Part shown: positions 55,101 through 64,000 of the stretch, one piece after another
Layout: each line of letters begins with the position of its first letter
Position numbering within the stretch: the stretch's first letter is position 1
Source of the DNA: Yuukianura sp. NJ FZ-2021
Lineage: Eukaryota
Direction: 5' to 3'
DNA: 64,000 nt
Assembly: GCA_046563655.1 (NCBI GenBank)
Contig: CM102290.1
Span: 13,764,001 to 13,828,000, forward strand
Notes under the pieces: generated by a model
Database searches by the model: none
The model's input: the letters and a program-made list of their open reading frames with translations, nothing else
What the model was told of the DNA's origin: nothing
Translations under genes and position numbers: made by a program

Positions 55101-58100
55101 ATTTGTAGAACATTGCGCAACAAGAATTTATTAGTTTAAGTTTAATTTAATTAGGTTAGGTTAGCTCACATATATTGCAGTTTTATTCAAAACATAGCTT
55201 GTTTGTTTTTTTCTTGGTCTATTTTAGCAATCGGCGCTTTTGGAATTGGCTCTTTACGATTGGCTCTTGGTCTTGGCATCATTTCTTTGAAAATTGGGTC
55301 TTTTGGATTTTGGCTCTTTTTGATTTGGCTGTTATGACATGGAACTGAGGAGGAGGAAGACTACAGCGTTTGAGGAGGGAAGCGGAGAGACATTAATCGT
55401 CACTCTCCTGGCACCATCATCATTCCCGGGAATCAAAGTCAAATGGCCCTGTCGTAGCCACTCCTGCTGACCACTCACTCACTTTCCTGTGTGTTCTGGA
55501 ACATCGATTTCCACCTAATCCAACCATTTAGTACTGAATGGAGGGAGAAAGTGTTGGTGGGACGTGGGGTATCAAGGTTCCCTTGACTTGAGGCCCTGCA
55601 TAATAAAGTCATTAGTGTTGATCTTTAAATGAGGGTGGCTTAAGGGTGGCAGTGGGACGCAGGTCCTACGACAACAGAATAGCAACCACCCATTCCCTGG
55701 AATCTGCCACTTTCTTCCAGAAACTGACATCTTTCCCATTAGCACCATTCATTACAAAAGCTCACAGCAGAAGCCAAAATGCTCAGCACTTTCTCTTTTG
55801 GCTAAGAAAACAGAGGAGAGCCATTTACCGTCTTATAAGCCAGGAAATACGGTAGTATACGGTCTGCAGAAGCAGCTCCGTTGTTAGAACACGTAGGAAA
55901 TGATGATGGACAGTCATTTGGAAGGAAGGAATCAACCCATTACTCCCCTCAATTGTCACGCTTTCCTCAAAATTTCCTTCAAAAAAAATTTCCTCATAAA
56001 ATTCACACTGATTTTCAATAGTAAAAAAAGAAAATTCTGAAAATGTTTTTGTACTATAAATGTTATTATGGCTTCATCTTTGGATTGGAATTCCAAATTC
56101 GGAAATTTTCCTTATTAAGTAGCGAAAGTAGTTGTTACTTTATGTAATTCTCCGAGTCTGTCTGTCTGTCCGGCTGTCTGCAGAACACTTACTCGTGAAC
56201 CACTGAACCAATTTTCAATTTGTCTTCAAAGATAAATTTCTCATGATCTGAGGGCAAGGTTGTTCAAATAGAAATTTTGTTTGTTTTTCCTTAACAGGTT
56301 ATGATATAACTCCTGTTTTGAAGCAAAAAAAAATTGAATTTTTTCTCCGATTTGTTAACCTCGCGCCATGTAGCGCAAACGGGATTCGTACAAAATGCGT
56401 TCAAAATTTGTTTTCCCGTAATTTTTTGAAAAAAAAAAGTGAGTTATGGCATAACCTATTAGCGCATTTGTATATGAGGGTTATAGCGACCTTGATCTAG
56501 GGGTGACTAATTCGTTTCCCGTTTTGACCGGAAGTGCAAAACTTCAGAGTTTTTCCAGTTCATTTTTCTTTCGCTACTTCGATACAGCGTTTTCAACGGT
56601 TTATTATTCCTGGCTCCCAGGAATTGAGCAACCGACAACCAAATGGAAACGGATTTTTTTAGGTGCTTGAGGCCTTGCCGCCACTTACTTTCTCTTGGAA
56701 TCTTTTGAAAAGGAGGCATTATGATTGCCATTCCTACAAATGATTACATCTCCCTGGAGAGAGTGAAAGCACAGGAGTGAGTGCGAGGGCACAAAGTTAA
56801 TCTTGGAGAAAGTAGGAAGGAATATCTTGTTCGATAATCCAAACAACGAGAAAAAGGAGCTCCGCCGTCTCCCCGGTGACACAAGAACACCAACTCCGCA
56901 CTTCCCGTTTTACGAAAAGAAAGAAAAGGAGAAAGTGCTTTTTCTTTTATTGCATTAGAACTTTAGGTTTGGAGGGACTTAGTACTTGGTGACTCCTTTG
57001 GCTCTGGTGGAACGAGTGAGTAGTGGGATGATGAGTGATTTCAAGACGACTGGAGATAGGATTACATTTCATTTTCATGAGAGATAGACCGAAGATGGAG
57101 GAAAAAGATGTGATGATTTAACGCACCAAAACTAAACCAGCGAGTACCTTCCAGCTTTCACTTTTTTCCTTAGCAACGAACAGGAATTTAAAGGTTCCCA
57201 CTTCACTCAAGTTCAGTTGTCATGGTTTCCTGGAGTATCTAAACTCCCCTCCCCACCTCTACTCCATACGGGAATAACTTAAAGTGGTTCTGGATGAAAT
57301 GAAATGCTCCTTCAAATCCTCCAGAAACAAGAACAAAGTCTCTATTTCCTACCGATGTCTTTCTCCAGTTCCTATTTGCCAACGGAGGATATTGAACCCC
57401 CCCCCCCTTCCAAGGTTTGTTGACTTTGTTTTTCTTTAATAGGTTGTGTTATTTCGATTTTGCAACTTTTCATTTCAGTGCTTTTCATCATAACAATTCT
57501 TCTAACTTTGGCATACGAATTGGTGCCACTTTCTGGGATTAGTATCAATTTTTGTTTTTTTCATTTTTTTTGTCGACATGCGAGGTAATACTCAACCTGT
57601 TAAAGAAAAGTAACTTTTCGTTGTCAAGGAACCTTGCCCCCCTCAACCCCTCTCCTCCCCTTCTCCCTCCCTCTGCGGAATCTATTCTAAATGGGTTTTG
57701 TTACTGTGAGAAGAACTACATGGAACATGGTCCCCTACCTGTTTCTAAGCCGTGTAAGTCACCGAGAAAAGTCCAATAAGGAAACCCTGGTCTATCACTT
57801 TCACTTTAACTTTTTGGGAGAAGAAAGCAGACGCTTTCACTTTTGTAAGAACCATGGAAAATCTTGTGCTGAATTTGAGAAAAAAACGAATCTTGAGGAA
57901 TGACTCCTCTGCCGCCACTTGAGCCAAAGGAATCAATAGTTTTGAAAAGTAGAGAGAAAGATGGAAACATAATTCTCCTTCCGCCTCGGCAGAGAGAGAG
58001 AAGACGAGAGAGCGCTTTCTCCATTAGTTTCTCCGCTCTCGCTTAAAAAGACATTTCTTTTTTTGGTGGAAGATTCAAATCTGCGTTCCCTCAAGTCTTG

Positions 58101-60214
58101 AGAGTCGTTTCCTTGATTTCCCTATTTCTTAAATTATGAGCTTCCCTTTAATAGTTGTGAGGCATGAGAGAGAGAGGTAAATAAAACTAATCTAGCGACT
58201 CCTTCCAAGCAGGTCCTAATGCCCGCTTTCCATCTCTCAATTATTTAGAGAATCCCAGCATGAATGCAAATGACACAGCTCCCTCTGCATCCTCTCACTC
58301 TGGTTCATTACCTATGTAACCAGGTCAAAGGGAAATCACCCGGGACACAAGGAGAACAGACTCCTTTGTTACAGCAATTGAGAAGTGTAGGTGCGGCGGT
58401 GAGTTTCAAATTTACACGAAATTTGAAAAAAAAAGATGTCGAGTTGAAATCAAAACAAAATTGGACTAAAGAATTAGTTAGACAATTTTTTTGTCAAATT
58501 GATGACACAGTCAACCCTCTCATTTCGGAACTTTCTTTCTAATTAACGTGACATATTACGATAAAACGGTCAAACATAAGAAAAAACCTACCCCAACTAA
58601 ACATAAGCAACACAACTTTTTCACCTTTTCACTTTTTGATCTAATTATTTTGACCATTTCACCTGATATATGAAACTAAGCAATCGCAGCGAGTTTAGAA
58701 AAGAGAAGTTTGACTGTACTGAAAAATCAGGAGTGCTCAGAAATCCGCGTGACAAAATCGGCTTATAATTCAAGTTTCTTTGACTATTTTTCTGTTTCTG
58801 GAGTCAAGTTGAGAAGATGCAGCATAGTTAAATTGAAAAAGAGAATGCAGAAAGCGGAAGCAAATGGATGCAATTATTAGGAGAAGAAGGAAGATGTATT
58901 CTGAAAAGTGGAATGGAGGAAAAAGCGTCGTCAAGTTCAGAATGATAAATTATTGGGGCCTCATGAACACAAATCTATTTTAAAAACGGTTCTAGACACT
59001 TTTCTATTCTAAACTTTCAAAAAGAAGTAGTTGCAAGAGTAGAGCGTTTCTTTATTTTATTTGGTCTTAATGCTCCCGTCTTCTGGATCGGAAAATAGAC
59101 AAAGTTCAAATGAATCCAATCCTGTCACCTCTCCTAAGTGTGTCATTTACTTCCCGTCAACACTTACTCTTCCTTCCTCCGTAGAACAGGCAATCCTACA
59201 CTACATTTTTCTTTAAATGTTGCCAAATTCTGGTCCTAATGGGCTCACCTCAAACTTCTTTTGAATTTTTTTCAAATGTTCCCAAAAAACCAAACTTGAA
59301 TTGTCGGTTCCAAAAACTTTTCATGCCGGGATCACTCAACTCCTATGCTGAAACAGGAAACTACAGTCTCAGCTTGTCTTGAACCTCGGGAGCTTAGGCC
59401 CACTTTGTCATCTCGCCTGACAGTGACATCGAGATCTTATGATTAAATGCCTTTTCCTCCCTTCCCTCGACGACGCTGAATTCAAGAGAAACCTTCCGAG
59501 TTTGCTCAATTGTGAATTGTGAGAGAGAAAGTAACAAACAGAGACCGGGATCATCAGCTGGCAGCGGAAAAAAAAACTTGGCGTTTTCTTGGTTTGTGCT
59601 TTCTGTGGGTGACGCTGGTGCTGGAAGAAGCGCAGAGGAAGAAGGATTTATGATGATGATTTGTTTGGGAACGGAGAGAAAGCCTCCTGGGCGACTCTCG
59701 TGTTCAAACTGTGTGCACCACTCATTCCATTACATTTGGAAAATGAAAGTGAAAGTAATATTATGGAATAGATTATGGTAATGCAAGGGAAAGAGAGAGA
59801 AAGTCTAAAGCAGACGTCGCTTGCCTTTGGCTTTAAGCTTTTGAGGTTTGACACTAACCTGCGTCTCTGTAACATTGAGAAGTCGTGCCATTTCTGCTCT
59901 CTCACTCGATGACAAATACTTCTTAACCTCAAACTGCCTCTCCAGCTCAAATATTTGTCTTCCAGTAAACGTTGTTCGAGCTTTTTTGCGCTTAAGGTTT
60001 TCAGCAGCAGTTGCTGCAGCGGCGGCTGCTGCTGCTGCTCCAGAACTTCCATTTTGAAAGGATAATGGAGACGCAGAGTCTTCCATCATTCCTTCTGTAG
60101 ATGAAGGAACAGAATCCATAGCTAAAGTTCCATTTTCAGTCAAATGCAGGTTAAGGGAGGAGCCCTTAAGGGACTCCTTGGAGCCCTTCCGCTTGGTTCC
60201 GGATTTGACACTTC
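46128..60214 (-). CDS. NK7.1: NK7-class homeobox protein, 5'-partial; exons 60214-59859 and 46841-46128
   Basis: Spliced homeodomain [58 protein letters not shown] followed by [13 protein letters not shown], characteristic of arthropod NK7; phase-1 acceptor at 60214 means the start exon was not identified. Confidence 0.9.
46928..47486. mobile_element. Element with ATGGACGG subterminal repeats, interrupted by a family B MITE
   Basis: TTCATGGACGGA at left, TCCGTCCATGAA at right; six (A/T)TGGACG units on the left. Confidence 0.65.
47195..47451. mobile_element. MITE family B with perfect 8-bp TSD
   Basis: GACATAGC|CAAGGTTCCGTGAC...GTCAACAAACCTTG|GACATAGC. Confidence 0.9.
48319..48663. mobile_element. 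Palindromic foldback-like element (asymmetric-end family)
   Basis: GGTTC-CATGCCATTTCGTCGAATGAATTACT ... AGTAATTCATTCGACGAAATGGCATG-CTAC; GAATTAC subrepeats; central AACCTAA motifs. Confidence 0.85.
51668..51899. mobile_element. MITE family B with perfect 8-bp TSD
   Basis: AGTTGCAG flanks both degenerate termini; body matches 622-839 copy. Confidence 0.8.
51925..52042. repeat. Degenerate TTTCAGAGTTGGGCA minisatellite
   Basis: About five imperfect copies. Confidence 0.7.
52974..53350 (-). mobile_element. DINE-1/HINE-like element, minus orientation
   Basis: AATAAA-CGGTTGTAAACCG hairpin, AAGTAGCGAAAG, (CAGA)n tract, AAAGTAGGTTTCGCTAGTT. Confidence 0.75.
55031..55345. mobile_element. Palindromic element (asymmetric-end family)
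   Basis: GTCAAAACAGCCAAATCAAAAAGAGCCAA ... TTGGCTCTTTTTGATTTGGCTGTTATGACA-TGGAAC; central TTAGGTTAGGTTAG. Confidence 0.8.
56112..56606 (+). mobile_element. DINE-1/HINE-like element with nested family B MITE at 56255-56494
   Basis: AAGTAGCGAAAG (56117) and perfect inverse CTTTCGCTACTT (56568); (GTCT)n; terminal ...CAACGGTTTATT. Confidence 0.8.
57411..57636. mobile_element. MITE family B
   Basis: CAAGGTTTGTTGAC...GTCAAGGAACCTTG; flanks CCCCCTTC / CCCCCCTC. Confidence 0.8.
58508..58716. mobile_element. MITE family A variant
   Basis: CAGTCAACCCTCTCATTTC ... GAAAAGAGAAGTTTGACTG|TA; resembles 18388 copy. Confidence 0.7.
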
Positions 60215-61022
60215 CTGAAAAAAAGGAAAGAGGCCATGAATTAATAACTTTCTCCAGGTGACTCTCTTCCTTTTTCCTTAAATTTCTGAAATTTGTAAAA
60301 GTTTTGAGTAGAAAGTTTGTAAAGTTTTGAGTGAGCTGAGTTTTAATTAATATGGACTTATTAAGTCTTTGGAGATGATTTATAGACTAGTAAGAGTTAT
60401 GTTCAAATTATTTGTTGCTTTTGAGACAAAATTGAGAGTTTTTGCTGGAGGGTGGAGAGAGCTCATTTATATCCCATGTTCTGGCACTGTGAGACTTGAA
60501 TTGACTTGGATTAAGCGGAGAAAGTCTCTCCTTTGGGCAGAGAAAGTGGAAAATATAAAAGAAATTGAAGAGGCCTACTTTAAAGGGAGTCTCTTCCTTT
60601 GGTGAGATAGTCTTGTGCTGAGGTTTGATTTATGTGAAGCCCTTCATTCCCTGTTCAACAGCCCATTGGCAAAAGTGGAGGTTCCAGCGGAAGAGAAAGT
60701 TTCGATTGTGATGAAGCTTTTTCCTATGGAACTCTCCTTTTTGGATCCAGGATCCATAAGAAAAGGAGGAAGATTGAGCAGAGACTTGTGTGTTCTGGTT
60801 CGCATAGGTTCAAATGATGAACCTCAAACGAAAGGATCGGACACACCAACTGACGGAACAACCTCATTTTACGTCTTTCTCTCCTTCCTTAATGATCTTT
60901 CATCGATTCCACTTTTTCCTCTTTTACAAACCACAATTTACACTAAATAAGTTTTACCTATGCCCCACGAAGTCACGTTACACTCGTTTCCGAATCAAAC
61001 CAAATTCTAAAAATAGTCTGCG

Positions 61023-61497
61023 TTTATTAAGTTGCAAAAGCTACTTTATGTAATTTTCTGTCTGTCTCTCTGTCCATCTGTCTGGCCCTAAGCCAATAAG
61101 CTCCAGTTGAACAATAGCGCGTCAAATTTCAAGTTTCAACATATTAGGTCATCCCGGGATACTCACTACTGGTTTATAGACCTGACAAAAATATTTAATT
61201 CCCATGCCGGTAATGTTAACAAAACCAATATTTTAGGGATTTTTGTTGCTAAATATTTATTCATTCTGAACTTTTTGAGTATATATTTTACTTATTTAAA
61301 TACTTCTCCGGTTTTTATTAAATATTTTTGGCAGGTCTGGTGGATCTACTTATTCCGGGTCAAAGGTCAACTTCGTTTTCAATCGTCCTATAATAGTTCT
61401 GTACTGCGCTATATGGGTTTCCAGTTTGCATTAGGTTAAAGGTCAACTGTTGTTCTTTCGCTACTTCTTTACACTCGTTTTCACAATCGGTTCATTT
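61023..61497 (+). mobile_element. DINE-1/HINE-like element with nested family C MITE at 61177-61339
   Basis: AAGTTGCAAAAG-CTACTT, (CTGT)n, CTTTCGCTACTT at 61455; inner AGACCTGACAAAAATATTTAA ... TTAAATATTTTTGGCAGGTCT. Confidence 0.8.
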
Positions 61498-62896
61498 TAA
61501 TTAAAGTAGGACCAAATTATAAATACTTTGTTTAATTCTAGCTCTAAATTGTTATATGTTTATGCAATTGGTGTACCCTGAAACTCAAACTACCAAAAAG
61601 AGAAAGTTTATACATAATTTTCTTTTGGGTTTGTTTATAATTTACGTTGAAACTTTGGATGGTTCGTGGTTGAAAAGTTTAGAAAGTGACAATTTCTGTT
61701 CATGAAATCATTAAAATCCCATGGAATGACCTCTCCCTCGACTCCATAACCAAGACAAGGCACAGATTTTAATTCCTTTTCTTCTAACAGCACAATTCCA
61801 AAGACAAGAAGCTTTGTATTTTTTATTCTGGAGATGAAAGACACTTGAAATTGAGTCAACGTGAGACGAAGGAGGAAGCTGGACTTGGGCCAACGGCACT
61901 TGAAGCCCTATTTATTACTTTCCTTTCCAAACTGTTCTTCCTCCTGCTCATCCTCATCTTTGGAATTGGTCCACTTAAGAGCTTGGAGATCCGAAGAAGA
62001 GCTGCGAGACAATTACTAGCCCTAAACCCTTGAGCTCTCCCTGCCTTCGTTCCAATTAGGAGCCCCTTACCTAACACACTAAACTCCAACTTCCACAACA
62101 ACCTCAACACTATATATATGGCAGGGGAAAGTAAAAGTAGTGCTTGGAATGAAGAACGGAGCCTTAATAGCCTCAAACCCAAAGTTCTTTTTTTGGACAA
62201 AGAGCTGGAGCTCTTAAGTTCCTGAGCTCAGACACGTCTATCGACCCGACCAACAACAAAAAAAAGTCTCATAAAAAGTAGGCAGGGAAATATAATTTTG
62301 AGGCTGCCATTTCCCTCCTATCCATTATCTTTGTTTCTTCCATTAGTCATTCATTACTCGACGAGGGAACCACTTAATGTCTACTTTACTCAAAGTAAAT
62401 TAAATACAATAAAATGCGCCCTCTACTTATAACTTGAAGGTTTCAACGGAGAGGAATTCAAAAAAAGTATACAACTTAAAAGCTTTTCCTGCGCTGTTCA
62501 TCATCTGCTCAGACTCTTTTTACTTTTTAAACGGAACTAAAAACTGTTTTGGCTGATTGACTCATCATTTCAAGAAGAAGAAGATCTGGCTGCGCAGAGA
62601 TGATTTGAGTTTCGTTTTTTACCTATAGGCAAGGGCCCCCTAATTTTCTCGTCAAATGGATCTTGGCAACTCATCATTTTCCATTAAGGCTTAAACGCCT
62701 CTCTGAGTTTTCTTTCACATGGCCTAGACTTCCCAAAAAAAATGTAACTAATAAGAGGCAGAGAATAAGGTTTGTAAGATCTTTTAGCGAAACAAATTGA
62801 ACCGAACACATAGTCCCTAGTTCACTTTTGTTTTGAAAAAGTTGTCTGTTGTGAACACAAAAGGAACTGAAAAAAAATGGGACGAAATGTTAAACA

Positions 62897-63240
62897 TTTA
62901 TTAAGTAGCCAAAGCTACTTTGTGGTTTGCCATTGTCGGTCTGCCTGTCTGTCAGGCTGTCGGCGGCAATTATTTCAGAAACGGCTTAACATTTTCAGAA
63001 TCAGTCACATAGTGACCCGGGACCATCGTTGTACTGAATATCATGCTGTGGCTCAACTTCCGGGTCAAAGGTCAAAATCAATTTTTTTTAAATCAAAGGT
63101 CAAGGTCAACCGGTTCGATTTCTCGTAACATAAAAAAATGATCTACACGAAACTTCCATGGTGTTTCAGTATGGGCACACCGTGGCTAACAAAACGACAT
63201 CTTTCGCTACTTCAGTACAGCTTCTTACAACCGTTTATTT
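62897..63240 (+). mobile_element. DINE-1/HINE-like element
   Basis: AAGTAGCCAAAG-CTACTT, GTCTGCCTGTCTGTC, CTTTCGCTACTT at 63201, terminal CAACCGTTTATT. Confidence 0.8.
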
Positions 63241-64000
63241 TGTGCTGGCAGGGTAAACCCAAAGAACGAGATCTATCAATCCCGTTTAAGATTTTTGAGT
63301 TTTGCGCAACTACGGTTTTGGAAATGGTGTGTTTCTGAGCCTTTGTGCTAATGGTTTACTACAGAATACTCTGTAGTTACAAACTGGGAAAGTGGATGGG
63401 GAGAGCAAGAGTAGGAAGCGTTAGCGCACCACTTCCCTGCCAAGTCAAGGGAACAGAATGTCTAAAGCCCTAATGTGTAATTTGAATCGCAAAAGCTTCT
63501 TCCATTTTCCACTAAATTAAGAGCAGATGGTGTGAGGCCAAAGAGGTAATGAATTAAAGCTGACTTGTGTGTAGTTGCATTATTCGGAGATGGACCATGC
63601 AATGCTTCCAGGCTCTCCATGACTTCCATACAGACCAATTTTGGCCTGGGTGACATGACATGCAAGTGACACATGCACCAACGTGACAGTGACAACTCAA
63701 AAGTTACAACTTTAAGGCCCCTTCGTTCCCAGTGCTTTTGTTCTTTGGAACAGATGAGGGTTTCGTTAATAAGAAAAATCTTAAAAGAGAAGAAAACTTA
63801 AAATGTCTTTAAAAAAAATTGTTTTAGAAATGTGCGGAGTACTAACTGCCAAAAGTGGAACATTTAAAAAACATTTGTTTTGAAGTGGTTGAGACAAACG
63901 GTTTTTTTGGGCACAACTTAGAAGATGGTTTGAGTTTGCCAGAAACTAATGGTAGAGATGTTATAATTGGAGTGATTCATCTTTCAACTTTCTGAGAAAA

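Noticed and set aside
61856..63695. Minus-strand ORFs as candidate upstream NK7 exons
   Set aside because: No recognisable NK N-terminal motif or convincing phase-1 donor; the first exon may lie outside the window.

Overview
Eukaryotic (arthropod-like, AT-rich, introns mostly ~60-90 bp) genomic window; no prokaryotic system, CRISPR or rRNA is visible. Positions 1-21.8 kb have no supportable protein-coding gene and are packed with short non-autonomous DNA elements. A compact spliced gene block follows: exportin-7 (+, 21897-27476), SPO11 (-, 27903-29293), NOC3-like (-, 29897-33319), a 19-copy near-perfect 175-bp satellite lying between the divergent NOC3L and PI4K2 starts, phosphatidylinositol 4-kinase type II (+, 38113-41642) and a SAXO/FAM154-like microtubule protein (-, 42008-43059). 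The right third is the 3' part of an NK7-class homeobox gene (-) whose homeobox is split by a 13-kb intron. The most unusual structure is in the repeats: TA-flanked CAGT MITEs, 8-bp-TSD CAAGG MITEs, DINE-1/HINE-like (Helentron-associated) elements, a palindromic family with shared asymmetric ends, repeated nesting of one family in another, and tandem arrays inside or next to these elements. All family assignments come from reading the sequence; no database search was run, so novelty is unproven.
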